A model generated the notes under the pieces. It was not told where the DNA came from. It searched no databases and worked only from the letters and a program-made list of their open reading frames with translations. The position numbers were made by a program, and so were the translations under genes. Below are positions 10,075-20,856 of a DNA stretch of 64,000 bases, one piece after another; position 1 is the first letter of the stretch; every line of letters begins with the position of its first letter. The DNA is taken from assembly GCA_019057865.1 (NCBI GenBank), contig JAHLWP010000001.1, forward strand, positions 96,001 through 160,000. Direction: 5' to 3'. Origin of the DNA: Promethearchaeota archaeon. Its GTDB lineage: Archaea; Asgardarchaeota; Lokiarchaeia; Sigyniarchaeales; SOKP01.

Positions 10075-10878
10075 ATGATTAGGATGTTAAATAATGAAGT
10101 AGTTGTTGTTAAGAATTTAAAAAAGTTTTTTGGTGAAACTAAGGCTGTAAATGGAATTTCCTTTAATGTTCATCAAGGAGAGATTTTTGGTCTCTTAGGT
10201 CCTAATGGTGCTGGTAAGACTACCACTATCAAATTATTATTAGGTTTACTAGAACCTAATGAGGGAGAAATGAGCATTTTTGGATTAAATCCTGAAAGAG
10301 AAGAAGTCCAAATTAAACGTAGAATTGGATATGTTTCAGAAGAACCCCTTATTTTCAAATCACTCACACCAAAAGATCTATTTAACTTTATAGCATCCAT
10401 CCGTGGATTAGAAGAAGAAGCAACCACTGAACGTGCCAGAGAGTATTTAGAAAGTCTAGATGCCATTGAATATTATGATCAATTAATTGCTACTTTATCA
10501 CACGGGAATAAGCAAAAATTGCAAATTGTTGCTGCAATATTACATGAGCCTGATTTACTTATTTTAGATGAGCCCATCGCTGGTCTTGACGCTAAATCTG
10601 TTAGAGTAGTCAAAGAGGTACTGGATCTACATGTTGAAAATGGTGGTTCGGTTCTATTTTCAACTCATATAATGGAAATCGCTCAAAATCTATGTGATCG
10701 AATAGCTATCATAAATAAGGGTAAAATTGTAGGAATTGGTACTTTTGAAGAACTGCGTCATCAAGCTAATAAAGTTGGAGCGAGTTTAGAAGATGTATTT
10801 TTACGTCTTACTGAACAAGATACTTCAGTAAATGAGATTGTTAAAAAATTACGGGCATCGGCTAAGAAGAAAAAATAG
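10075..10878 (+). CDS. ABC transporter ATP-binding protein
   Basis: GPNGAGKTT, LSHGNKQK, LILDEP, STH. Confidence 0.92.
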   Translation: MIRMLNNEVVVVKNLKKFFGETKAVNGISFNVHQGEIFGLLGPNGAGKTTTIKLLLGLLEPNEGEMSIFGLNPEREEVQIKRRIGYVSEEPLIFKSLTPKDLFNFIASIRGLEEEATTERAREYLESLDAIEYYDQLIATLSHGNKQKLQIVAAILHEPDLLILDEPIAGLDAKSVRVVKEVLDLHVENGGSVLFSTHIMEIAQNLCDRIAIINKGKIVGIGTFEELRHQANKVGASLEDVFLRLTEQDTSVNEIVKKLRASAKKKK

Positions 10879-10892
10879 CAGGGAAACTAAAG

Positions 10893-13463
10893 ATGGAAGA
10901 GAAAAAGTTGAAATATTATCGTTTAGCAAAATATCCCACTTATGAAATTTTAATGGATGGACAACTAGCAAGTGCAGGCGCTCATCAAGCAAGACTTATT
11001 GAGAAATTTAAGAAAAATAAAAAGTATATTAAAAATCAATTTTTAGCTCTTAAATTTATTTTTGCATTTCTCCTTTTATTTATACCTATTTTGCCATTAG
11101 CCACATATTTAGAGATCTTAGGTCATATTGGAGATGGTACATATACAATAAATACGATCTTATTTATGTCCAGTTTTATTTTTGGAATATATTTTGCCAT
11201 GACATTCTTATACATGATATTGTTCGGTATGATTTCAACAAGCTCATTCATGTCAGGCAACTCATTCAAATGGTTACAGACTCTTCCCTTTTCTAAAAAG
11301 GATTTGAAAAAAATAGGATTGATGACCCTTTTTCGCAATTTTGATGTTCCACTTATAATATTAGTCTTAGGATTTCCAATAATAATGTTAATTGGAACTC
11401 AAAACTTCTTAATTTTCATTTCATCGCTATTAGTTTCTTTTCTAAATGTTGTTTTTAGCTTTAGCTTACTTATTATTTTGGGAGAAAAATTAAGTTATCT
11501 TTTCTCAGAATCAAAGGATAAATCAAAAAAAGTGAATATAGTTAGAATTGTAACTATGCTTGGTTATTTCATTATTGCTTTTGGATCTGGATTAGTTATG
11601 AGCTGGGGATTTAGTTCTATTGATACGTTTTTAGAGATTTTCGCCACTAACGAGCCTTCTATAACAATAAACATAATTTTAAGCTTAATTTTGTTCCCAT
11701 TTACTCTTGGATATTTCCTATCATTAAGTATCAAGCCAAATCAGGTTCCTTTAGGGATATTATTAAGCACACTCATTGGTTTTGCTTTATTCATATTAGT
11801 AACATGGGCTTTATTTCGAACTGCAAGACGAGCTCTACGGAGCACAATTTCTACTGAAATAAAAGTTGAAAAAGTAGAGAAGAAAGAGGTTCAAGTCGAA
11901 ATAAAACCTTTATCTGCTATTCGTGCATATGTACGGAAAGATTTAGTATCAAGTACACGTGATATGCAATCTTTTATGTTTATCTTTTTCCCCATTTTCT
12001 ATCCTATAATATTAGTTTTAACACTACAAGGGCCAATTATTAATGAGATTGCAACTATAGAAGGTCTATTAATCTTATGGTCAATGGTGCTTATGGTTTA
12101 TCTTTTTATTCCACCAATGTTAATTGCAGGTTTTCTAAACCTTGAAGAATCAGGTTCATCAACAATATCATCATTACCAATTATCCCTCGCGATCAAGCA
12201 AAGGCTAAAATTATTTTGATGTTTTCTATCCAGGGTATATCGCTCATATTTATATCTATTATGCTCACAATACTAACTAATTCAATACTGGTATTACTCT
12301 TATTCTTAGTTACATTACCTTTTGCTTGGATTTTATTGTTATTCGTGTTTGAAATGAAGATTAAGCTGTTTGGTCGAATGAAATATAAGTATATTTTAGA
12401 AGAATTACAAAGAGAGCATAAGATAACAAAATGGATCAGTATGATACTTTCTGAATTTGCTATTTATTTTGTGATTTTAACAACAGGAACAATTCTGTTT
12501 ATTAGTTTTGATATAATTCCCACACTCATCACACTATTTATTATTGGCGTTAGTGGATTATCAATTTTAGTATTTATTTTTACAAGGATGTTTCCAAAAG
12601 CAGAAAAAATGGCAGAATACAAAACAGGAGGATTATTAAGAGAACATATAAATGTTGGAACTCTTGTATTATTGATATTATATTTTATTTTCCTTTTTCT
12701 TCCAGGTTTTGTAATACTACCCCTATCACCATTCTTACTTGATATACCCACGGTATCTGCTCTATTTATTGAATTTTTCATAATAGTTGGATTTTTAATT
12801 CTATTATGGCAGATAATAGTTCCATACGGGTTAAAGCTTCCAAATGGAGAAATGACTTTTATAGAACATGCTCGATCGATCGGTTTAAGTAGAATGAGAC
12901 CATTATGGAGAAATTTGGTGATTGGATTAGGTAGTATTGCATTATTTGGATTATCAACAGTGCTTTTAGGAGAATTATTAGGCACATATTATTTTATTCC
13001 TGAAGTGTTATTTTTTGGATTTAATTGGTTTTTATTTGTAATCATGTTAATACCTGGAATTTGGGAAGAAGTAGCCTTTAGAGGAGTAATTTTAAACTTA
13101 CAACTGCGTAAATACAGTAAATTAACAGTTGTCTTTCTTAACGGGATAATATTTGGATTATTCCATTTTGTTAATTTACTTGGGCAAAATCTCTTTTTAA
13201 CGGTTTTACAAGTGATATATGCTTCTTGTTTAGGTATTTCATTTGCCTATATGTTCATTAAGACAAATAGTTTATTACCAAGTATATTAGTTCATTATTT
13301 AATCAATTCTGTTGGTCAATTTTTCTTAACAATCGAGATACAAAATAAAGTAAATTTAGCTTTATTTGCTGTATTCGGAGTTGGAGTTATTCCCATGATA
13401 CTAATCATGATTTTAGTTAAATTAGTGGTTAAAAGCGATACTCGGCAGATAAGTCCAATATAA
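10893..13463 (+). CDS. ABC permease fused to a C-terminal CPBP (Abi/CAAX/Rce1-like) intramembrane glutamic protease
   Basis: Multi-TM N-terminal region after the ATPase; C-terminal WEEVAFRG, FGLFH and HYLIN motifs. Confidence 0.8.
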   Translation: MEEKKLKYYRLAKYPTYEILMDGQLASAGAHQARLIEKFKKNKKYIKNQFLALKFIFAFLLLFIPILPLATYLEILGHIGDGTYTINTILFMSSFIFGIYFAMTFLYMILFGMISTSSFMSGNSFKWLQTLPFSKKDLKKIGLMTLFRNFDVPLIILVLGFPIIMLIGTQNFLIFISSLLVSFLNVVFSFSLLIILGEKLSYLFSESKDKSKKVNIVRIVTMLGYFIIAFGSGLVMSWGFSSIDTFLEIFATNEPSITINIILSLILFPFTLGYFLSLSIKPNQVPLGILLSTLIGFALFILVTWALFRTARRALRSTISTEIKVEKVEKKEVQVEIKPLSAIRAYVRKDLVSSTRDMQSFMFIFFPIFYPIILVLTLQGPIINEIATIEGLLILWSMVLMVYLFIPPMLIAGFLNLEESGSSTISSLPIIPRDQAKAKIILMFSIQGISLIFISIMLTILTNSILVLLLFLVTLPFAWILLLFVFEMKIKLFGRMKYKYILEELQREHKITKWISMILSEFAIYFVILTTGTILFISFDIIPTLITLFIIGVSGLSILVFIFTRMFPKAEKMAEYKTGGLLREHINVGTLVLLILYFIFLFLPGFVILPLSPFLLDIPTVSALFIEFFIIVGFLILLWQIIVPYGLKLPNGEMTFIEHARSIGLSRMRPLWRNLVIGLGSIALFGLSTVLLGELLGTYYFIPEVLFFGFNWFLFVIMLIPGIWEEVAFRGVILNLQLRKYSKLTVVFLNGIIFGLFHFVNLLGQNLFLTVLQVIYASCLGISFAYMFIKTNSLLPSILVHYLINSVGQFFLTIEIQNKVNLALFAVFGVGVIPMILIMILVKLVVKSDTRQISPI

Positions 13464-13541
13464 ATAATTTTATTTATTTTTTATTATTCCATTATTCTCT
13501 TTATTGAAATTCGTTAATTTTTATGATTATAAACATAAGGT

Positions 13542-13583
13542 AACAGATTCGAGAATTTAATATCTGTTGAAAAACTTTATATA
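13542..13583 (+). promoter_or_regulatory. Inverted repeat next to a BRE/TATA-like box upstream of the aminoacylase
   Basis: AACAGAT-N13-ATCTGTT (13542-13568) followed by AAAAACTTTATATA. Confidence 0.35.
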
Positions 13584-13608
13584 TCAAAAGAAATTAGGGA
13601 CTTTTATT

Positions 13609-15243
13609 TTGAAGGAAAAAAAATTAATTTTAAAAAGTACTTTAATCAAGAATGGAAGAATAATTGATGGAACAGGAAATCCTTGGTTTAAAGCCGATTT
13701 ATTAATCGAGAATGGAAGAATTAAAGAAATTGCTCGAAAAATTAAAGCCAAAGATGGTAATGAAGTAATTGATGCATCAAGACTAATAGTTTCACCAGGT
13801 TTAATTGACATTCATACTCATTCAGATCAGACAATTTTTTCAAGCCTAGGTGAGAATGTATTAACTCAAGGTGTGACTACTCACGTAGTTGGTAACTGTG
13901 GATTTTCTATAACTCCTATAGATCCTGAATCAATTAATGATGAAATCTATGATATGGTTAAATCTATGCTTGAATTCGGGAAGGATTATAGACTATACCG
14001 ACATCTGAATAAATATTTAGAAGATTTAGAAAAAAATAGGATCCCAATTAATATTGTTCCATTAATAGGTCATTCTATGATAAGAATCATGGTCTTGGGA
14101 GTAGAAAAAAGAGAACCTAATCCTGAAGAATTACAAAAAATGAAAGACATTCTAAGAGAAGAAATGGAATTAGGAGCATTCGGCTTGTCTACAGGGTTAG
14201 ATTATCCTCCGGGTTCTTTTGCTAAAACAGATGAAATTATTGAGCTTTGTAAAGTTGTTTCTGAATTCGATGGAATTTTTACTACTCATTTTCGGGGATT
14301 TGGAAGCGGATTGGTTAGAGCTACGAAAGAAGCAGTCAAAATTGCAAGATCAGGAATACCAGTAGAAATTTCTCATTTTAAACCGTTTGGATTTTGGCCG
14401 GGAGATATAAGAAAAGCATGCAAGATAGTCGAAAAAGCTCGTGAAGAAGGTTTAGATGTCACTTTTGACGTTTTTCCTCACGCATCAAATTATACCTTCT
14501 TATTTGCAATAGTACCACCATGGGTTTATCTTTCAAAAGATAGATTAGACATTCCCCGTGCGATTGATATACTAAAAAAAAGCAGAACTGATAATAATTT
14601 AAAAAATAAGATACTTCAAGAAATGAGCACGATAGTGGGTAGTTTTTTGAATATTAAAGACGATAAAGATTGGGTGAAGGTATACATAAATGCTCCAAAA
14701 AGCAAAGAATATAATGGTAAACACGTTTACCAAATTTCATTAGAGAAAAATATCGATCCAAGAGAAGCTATTATTGATATTTTAATTAATCAGAATGGGA
14801 CTGTAAATGCATCATATCTTTCAATTACTGCTGAAGATAATATTGTAACAATTGTACATCCACTCTCTATGATAGCCTCTGATGGGCTCATTATACCAGA
14901 AAAGTCTGATGTTTTTCCAAATCCTTATTGTAATGGTACATTTACTCAAGTGTTAGGAAAATATGTCCGTAAAGAAAAACTTCTTACTTTACATGATGCA
15001 ATTAGAAAGATGACTTCATTTCCAGCCCAAAAATTGGGTTTAAAAAATCGAGGTTTACTTAAAGAAGGATATTGGGCAGATGTAACCATATTTGATGCAG
15101 ATAAAATAATTGATAAGGCAACTTACGAAAATCCGCGATTATATTCCGAAGGAGTTGTATATGTTTTTGTAAATGGAGTGCTTGCTTATAATAAGGGAGT
15201 CTTTACAGAGAGTTTGTCTGGAATGCCTTTAAGAAGAAGTTAA
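13609..15243 (+). CDS. N-acyl-D-amino-acid deacylase / D-aminoacylase (amidohydrolase family); start uncertain (13567 or 13609)
   Basis: IIDGTGNP, PGLIDIHTHSD, GVTTHVVGNCG, GLSTGLDYPPG, AIRKMTSFPA, ADVTIFD. Confidence 0.88.
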   Translation: MKEKKLILKSTLIKNGRIIDGTGNPWFKADLLIENGRIKEIARKIKAKDGNEVIDASRLIVSPGLIDIHTHSDQTIFSSLGENVLTQGVTTHVVGNCGFSITPIDPESINDEIYDMVKSMLEFGKDYRLYRHLNKYLEDLEKNRIPINIVPLIGHSMIRIMVLGVEKREPNPEELQKMKDILREEMELGAFGLSTGLDYPPGSFAKTDEIIELCKVVSEFDGIFTTHFRGFGSGLVRATKEAVKIARSGIPVEISHFKPFGFWPGDIRKACKIVEKAREEGLDVTFDVFPHASNYTFLFAIVPPWVYLSKDRLDIPRAIDILKKSRTDNNLKNKILQEMSTIVGSFLNIKDDKDWVKVYINAPKSKEYNGKHVYQISLEKNIDPREAIIDILINQNGTVNASYLSITAEDNIVTIVHPLSMIASDGLIIPEKSDVFPNPYCNGTFTQVLGKYVRKEKLLTLHDAIRKMTSFPAQKLGLKNRGLLKEGYWADVTIFDADKIIDKATYENPRLYSEGVVYVFVNGVLAYNKGVFTESLSGMPLRRS

Positions 15244-15249
15244 TTGTAT

Positions 15250-16539
15250 TTATTTATTAAAAACATGTTTTTCATTCAATAGAAAAGCAATACAAATTCG
15301 TAAGGCAACTTCTAAGGTTTCAGGCTTAATTTTATCTATTGTGTCTGTAGATTGATGGTAATATCGTGAACGAGTTTTCCAATCCGCAGAATTCAGAAAT
15401 CCTGCTTTAATACCTGCTTTTGAAAATGCAGCTGCATCAGAACCCCCACTTAGGCGTCCTAAGGTTTTTTCTAATTTTCCTGCTCCAAATCGTTTAGCTT
15501 CAACACCCACATTTTCAGCTGCTTTTAAAAGTTTTTGAATCACCTCTTCTGAGTGCCAAGTTCTTGTTGTAGGTTCGAATTCTATTATATAAAATCCATC
15601 TGGGGTTTCAAGACCATCCATATTCACTATATAGGCGTCATACTTCTGTAATTCTTCTAAATGGGTTGCTGCATATCTAAATGCACCCCGTAAACCACTT
15701 TCTTCACAACCAAAACTTATAAGTCTTATTTCTGTATTATCTGGTATTATATCTCTATGATTTTTTAAATATCGCCCTAGTCCTTGGACAACTGAACAGC
15801 TACTTAGGTTATCTACAGCTCCTGGAACAACATTTCCCTTATCCCCTAAAGGTACAAAGAAAAAAAGCCCAATAAAACATGGACTTCCGATTATTAGCGT
15901 CCAAACCACCACGTTAAAAAATAAGGATTTAAGCTTAATCAATCCAACTATTATAAATATTAAATTCAAGCAGGAAAGGACTAGCCACATCAACATTATT
16001 AATATTGCTCCAAAAGCAAGTGGTATAAAACCCCAACCCAAAAGTTTCAATAATTTAAATTCAATTGCTGAATCCATGTGACTTGAAAAAATGATGATTT
16101 TTTTAAGTTCTTCTTTTGTTTTAAAGCTTCCTATTACATTTTGAGAAGTTTTTTTACGAAAAATGGGATCAATAAACTCTTTATAATTAAAGAATTCTTC
16201 CCACATTATTAAAAATGGTAATAATATCGATAAAAATGAACATATCGATAAAATCAAAAACCAGATATATTCAGTAAACAATTGAATCAAAAAGTAAAGA
16301 AAAAATGACACAACCACTAATACCATATCAAGTTTAATCCAACCCAAAAAAGCTTTAGGATGGCATGTAAACGACTCTATAACGGCTTTATCACAGGATT
16401 TTTCAAATTCTCTTTTAATTATTTCTGCAGCTTTAGCTTCTTGCGGACTGCATGGCATTCTTGGTCCAACTTCCTCGATAATCCCCTGAACAAAACCATA
16501 CATATATTTTGAATCTTCTTCTGTAATATCAATATTCAT
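15250..16539 (-). CDS. M28 family metallopeptidase with inserted TM segments
   Basis: SSHMDS, GAVDNLSS, GCEESGLRGA, SDAAAF, YHQSTDT. Confidence 0.85.
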   Translation of the reverse strand: MNIDITEEDSKYMYGFVQGIIEEVGPRMPCSPQEAKAAEIIKREFEKSCDKAVIESFTCHPKAFLGWIKLDMVLVVVSFFLYFLIQLFTEYIWFLILSICSFLSILLPFLIMWEEFFNYKEFIDPIFRKKTSQNVIGSFKTKEELKKIIIFSSHMDSAIEFKLLKLLGWGFIPLAFGAILIMLMWLVLSCLNLIFIIVGLIKLKSLFFNVVVWTLIIGSPCFIGLFFFVPLGDKGNVVPGAVDNLSSCSVVQGLGRYLKNHRDIIPDNTEIRLISFGCEESGLRGAFRYAATHLEELQKYDAYIVNMDGLETPDGFYIIEFEPTTRTWHSEEVIQKLLKAAENVGVEAKRFGAGKLEKTLGRLSGGSDAAAFSKAGIKAGFLNSADWKTRSRYYHQSTDTIDKIKPETLEVALRICIAFLLNEKHVFNK

Positions 16540-16706
16540 AGAGCTGCCCTAAATCCTTTTTTTATAGAATTATACTTAATAACAATTAAGATATAGTATG
16601 AAAAACTTAAGGATTAATCTAAATTAAAATTATTCACTCAAAACAGAAAGAGAATTTAACAATCCTTTTATAGATTCAGACCATTGATATAATTAAGTGC
16701 AAAGCT

Positions 16707-17432
16707 ATGGTCGATATGGCAGAGCAATATGTATGTAAGGTATGTGGTTTCAATATAATAGGGTACTATCCAGAATTCTGTCCATTTTGTGGAGCTTCAA
16801 ATGATCATTTTATTACCGCAGAAGAATGTTCTCAAAGATATAAGATTATTACCACTAAAGTAAATAATGAAGTGACACGGTTAAATTCCTTACCACCTTT
16901 AGGACTTGAACATGCTGCTTACAGTATTGAAATAAATGGAAAATTTATTTGGATTGATTGCCCTTCTACATTTAGTAAGGACCTTGAATCGATGGATAAA
17001 ATATTATTTACGCATCACCATTTTCTTGGTGCATCAAATCTTTTTAGAGATTATTATACAACATTTATTTGGATTCATAAGAAAGATTCAGAGCATGCAC
17101 TTGCTAAAAGACACCCCTTCGACAAAAAATTTAAACAAAATTTCGAGTTAACCGGAATTAAAGCATTTCATATAGATGGACACACACCAGGGTTCACTTT
17201 TTATGTATTCGAAGATGTTCTTTTTATTTGTGATTATTTTTTTCTTAAGAATAAAGAAATAATATATAATCCTTACGGTCCTTCAAAAGCCACTAGAGCA
17301 GGTGCCACCAAACTAAAGAATTTTCTTAGAACACATGAAATAAATATAGTTTGTGGTTATAATTATGTATTAGATTTTAAAGACTGGAAAATGAGATTTG
17401 ATAACCTTTTAAATTCAGAAAAAGGAAAGTAA
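16707..17432 (+). CDS. Rubredoxin-like Zn/Fe ribbon plus metallo-beta-lactamase-fold protein
   Basis: CKVCG..CPFCGA; ILFTHHHF, GHTPG, FICD. Confidence 0.75.
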   Translation: MVDMAEQYVCKVCGFNIIGYYPEFCPFCGASNDHFITAEECSQRYKIITTKVNNEVTRLNSLPPLGLEHAAYSIEINGKFIWIDCPSTFSKDLESMDKILFTHHHFLGASNLFRDYYTTFIWIHKKDSEHALAKRHPFDKKFKQNFELTGIKAFHIDGHTPGFTFYVFEDVLFICDYFFLKNKEIIYNPYGPSKATRAGATKLKNFLRTHEINIVCGYNYVLDFKDWKMRFDNLLNSEKGK

Positions 17433-17446
17433 TGTCACTTTGTTTA

Positions 17447-17647
17447 TCATTTTACTAATATTGCATTCGTTGGACAAATTTCTATACAGCATTCGCATTC
17501 ACTGCAATTTCCATTTGGATCCTCAAAAATTACTTGTCTATGATCCCCCACCTTGGTAGGGGGCTTATAAAATAAGTCGAGTGGGCATATTTCGACGCAT
17601 TCTACACATTTAATACATTTATCGTTATCTATTCCTATTACTCTCAA
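17447..17647 (-). CDS. 2x[4Fe-4S] ferredoxin
   Basis: CIKCVECVEICP and CSECECCIEICP. Confidence 0.88.
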   Translation of the reverse strand: MRVIGIDNDKCIKCVECVEICPLDLFYKPPTKVGDHRQVIFEDPNGNCSECECCIEICPTNAILVK

Positions 17648-17746
17648 GATTCGGCACTTAAGGAATTTAATTATAAAAAGAGGAAAAATAATTTAAAATA
17701 AGAGGTAATGTAATATAATTAGTAGAAAAAACTTTTTATTATTAAC

Positions 17747-18598
17747 ATGCTGGAATCTTTCAAGGAAATTGAAGTAGTTTGTCCAACATGTGGAGAAACT
17801 AAGAGTATTAACATACCAGAATCATTATTCTCCCAAAAAAAGTTTGGTACAATTAAAATACAAGTACCCGTTAATGCTGTATGCCCAAAACACCAATTTA
17901 TAGTATTTCTAGATACTAAAGGTATGGTGAGGGGTTATGAGAAAATAGATATCGCAATGTTAGTGACTCCTGCTGAAACTAAAAAGGAAGCAGCAGGAAT
18001 ATTAACCCTTCGAAAATTAATCCAGCTTTTTGGAACATATGGAATTCTTAGTTTGATGCATGCTAAAATTTTTAATTATCCGTCATATATCATAAAAGAT
18101 GAGGCTTTTGAACCCACTGAAGAACTATTGAATTTAATTAGTAATAGAATATTACCAGAAAAATACAGAGGACATAATAGCATTTATTTGCTAGAAGAAA
18201 GTAATTATAGCAAAATAAAACTTAAAGAAAAAAAAGCTCTTTTAATAGATTCTCTCACAAAAAACATCTTACAGACTCCATGGAAAGAAAAATTAAAATT
18301 TGAAGAAGAAATCGTAAAAAGAGCGTTAGAAATCATAAATGAAGAAGATCAATTACTCCTTCTACAACAGAGAATTGCTATATTTATAAAAGAAGCTGAA
18401 CAGGCTAAAGATATTCTTGAAAATGTTAATGAGATTTATGAGGAGGACCTAATTGAACAAGTTTCTAGAGAAGTTTTAATGCCAAGAATGAATCAAAATC
18501 GATTAATTTTAATTAAAGAATTTATTAAGCATAACTTTTCTCAAAAATTGGTATCAAGAATAAAAAGTAGAGTTGACGAATTTTTGTCTTCTCTTTAA
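17747..18598 (+). CDS. Hypothetical protein with N-terminal Zn-binding domain (Lokiarchaeal-type family)
   Basis: CPTCG...CPKHQFIVFLD...VRGYE (C3H ligand set); helical C-terminus. Confidence 0.7.
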   Translation: MLESFKEIEVVCPTCGETKSINIPESLFSQKKFGTIKIQVPVNAVCPKHQFIVFLDTKGMVRGYEKIDIAMLVTPAETKKEAAGILTLRKLIQLFGTYGILSLMHAKIFNYPSYIIKDEAFEPTEELLNLISNRILPEKYRGHNSIYLLEESNYSKIKLKEKKALLIDSLTKNILQTPWKEKLKFEEEIVKRALEIINEEDQLLLLQQRIAIFIKEAEQAKDILENVNEIYEEDLIEQVSREVLMPRMNQNRLILIKEFIKHNFSQKLVSRIKSRVDEFLSSL

Positions 18599-18700
18599 TT
18601 CTTCAAACACTCTTTCTAAGAATTATTTTTATATCGAAAAAGTAAAATAAAGATCATTAATTAATAAAATTAATTTGAAACCTAAAGAAAAGCATAAAAA

Positions 18701-19492
18701 GTGAATAAAATGGATTGGGGAATGCAAAACAGATTATCAAGAATAATAAAACCGAAAAGTGGACACTGTGTAATGTTAGCGGTGGATCATGGATATTTTG
18801 GGAATGTACCAGGATCATTAAAATGTTTTGGTGATTTAGATCCCTTATTTCAATATGCAGATGCTCTAATGCTTACTCGTGGTATGTTAAGAAGCTGTGT
18901 TTCACCAAATTTTGATATTCCTATTGTTTTACGAGTTTCAGCAGGAGCAAGCATGTTAAAAGAGCTCTCCAATGAAGATATTAATGTAACAATTGAAGAT
19001 GCTATTAGATTAAATGTATCAGCCATAACTTGCTCGATTTTTGTCGGTGGAGAATTTGAAAAGCAAACTATCATGAATTTATCTAAACTTGTTAATTGGG
19101 GTCAAGAATTTGGGATACCCGTATTAGCAGTTACTGCAGTAGGACGAGAGATGGTTAGAGATGCACGCTATTTAGGAATGGCAAGTAGATTAGCCGCTGA
19201 AATGGGAGCTACCTTTGTAAAAACATATTATTGTGAAAATTTTGAGGAAGTAACTAGTATTTGTCCTGTTCCAGTAGTAATTGCAGGAGGTAAAAAAATA
19301 CCAGAAAGAGATGCTTTACAAATGGCTAAAAACTCAATTGACGCAGGAGCCGTTGGAGTAGATATGGGGAGGAATATCTTTCAATCTGATAAACCTATTG
19401 GAATGATCCAGGCTGTTCGTGCAATTGTTCATGAGAATGCTTCTGTTGATGAGGCATTTGAAATCTATAAAAATGGTCCAGTTGGTTTATAA
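18701..19492 (+). CDS. lsrF: LsrF-type class I aldolase/thiolase; start may be ATG 18710
   Basis: DWGMQNRL, MLAVDHGYF, FVKTYY (Schiff-base Lys), VIAGGKK, GVDMGRNIFQ. Confidence 0.85.
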   Translation: MNKMDWGMQNRLSRIIKPKSGHCVMLAVDHGYFGNVPGSLKCFGDLDPLFQYADALMLTRGMLRSCVSPNFDIPIVLRVSAGASMLKELSNEDINVTIEDAIRLNVSAITCSIFVGGEFEKQTIMNLSKLVNWGQEFGIPVLAVTAVGREMVRDARYLGMASRLAAEMGATFVKTYYCENFEEVTSICPVPVVIAGGKKIPERDALQMAKNSIDAGAVGVDMGRNIFQSDKPIGMIQAVRAIVHENASVDEAFEIYKNGPVGL

Positions 19493-19641
19493 ATTTTTAT
19501 TTTCTTTTTTACTCTTAAGGATTAAATATATATAATGAGTTATTTCTCGAAGTTTTATAAAAATTAAAAAAAAAAAATAAAATTCATATCTAATATATTC
19601 AAAATCATTCTGAAAAATTTCTTAATAAGGGTGAGATTAAA

Positions 19642-20718
19642 ATGTTGACTATTTTAGGGTGGCTAAATGGTTTCACTGCATTTTGTGTTGTTTTCTGTGG
19701 TTGTCTATTCGGAATTTTTTTTATTTATAAAGGAATTAAAATAAAAGCGAAACTGCTTTCTTATGCAGGTTTAATGATAATTTTGACAGGATTATTATAT
19801 TTGGGTCCCTGCGTAGATTATTTTACAATTCTATCTATAAATCACAATTTGGATAATTCGTATGGATTATATGGAATATTAAGTTATATTTGGATAACTC
19901 CTGGAATTGTTGTTATGATGTATATTGGTTTTGAACTTGTTTTACCTAAGATTAGAAATATAGTGATAATTATATATTCATTTTTAGGGCTTATTTTTCT
20001 ATACCATATTCTTTTTAATACGATGGATACATTTGATTTTAAATATCCTGGAAATTCTGGAAGTGATATTATTGATTCTAATTTTGCTCAAGGATCCATA
20101 GCTTACATTTTAATAATATCTTTTGTAATTTCCATCATTGGTTTTAATGTTATAGGATCCTTAATTCGGAGTTTCCAATCATCTGGAATAATACAAAGAA
20201 AATTTATATATTTGTCGCTTGGATTTTTAATATTTGCGATTATGGGAACATTTGATACTCTCTTTTCTCCTGGTTTTGTATTATTTATTGTTCGAATTAT
20301 AATGTTAAGTAGCTGGTGGTTTTATTTTTTTGGTTTAAAAGAAGCTCCAACTAAAAAAGAAAGAAGACTTCATGAAAGAATAAAAAATTTAGAAAAAATT
20401 GAATTTTCATTATTAGAAATGCTTTTAAAAGATAATCCTCCAGAAATTGTGAAAGAACAGATTGTATATCATATTGAAAATAGAATTTGTCTAATCTGTA
20501 AAAGTAATGTTGGTGGATTTAATACTTATCTTTGTGTTAAATGTGGTGTTTTATATTGTATAAAATGTGCTCGTGCTTTATCTGAATTAGAAAATTTATG
20601 TTGGGTTTGTAAAAATCCAATTGATATATCTAAACCAACACGAAAAATAGCTATTGAAGAGATTGAAGCACTGGAAAAATCACTAATACAAAAAAGAAAA
20701 TCAAAAATTAAAAGATGA
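19642..20718 (+). CDS. 7-TM membrane protein with C-terminal C4C4 RING-like Zn finger
   Basis: Seven hydrophobic segments followed by C-x2-C-x11-C-x2-C-x4-C-x2-C-x10-C-x2-C. Confidence 0.75.
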   Translation: MLTILGWLNGFTAFCVVFCGCLFGIFFIYKGIKIKAKLLSYAGLMIILTGLLYLGPCVDYFTILSINHNLDNSYGLYGILSYIWITPGIVVMMYIGFELVLPKIRNIVIIIYSFLGLIFLYHILFNTMDTFDFKYPGNSGSDIIDSNFAQGSIAYILIISFVISIIGFNVIGSLIRSFQSSGIIQRKFIYLSLGFLIFAIMGTFDTLFSPGFVLFIVRIIMLSSWWFYFFGLKEAPTKKERRLHERIKNLEKIEFSLLEMLLKDNPPEIVKEQIVYHIENRICLICKSNVGGFNTYLCVKCGVLYCIKCARALSELENLCWVCKNPIDISKPTRKIAIEEIEALEKSLIQKRKSKIKR

Positions 20719-20856
20719 AAACAAAAATACAATTATTAGAATTATACTTCCTTTTATTTTACAATTTATTATTAAGTTAATTAAATAAGAATAAATTGAT
20801 AAAATTATAATTTTCATTTTCTTTTTTTATTCTTACAAGATTAGAAAAGAAACTTC

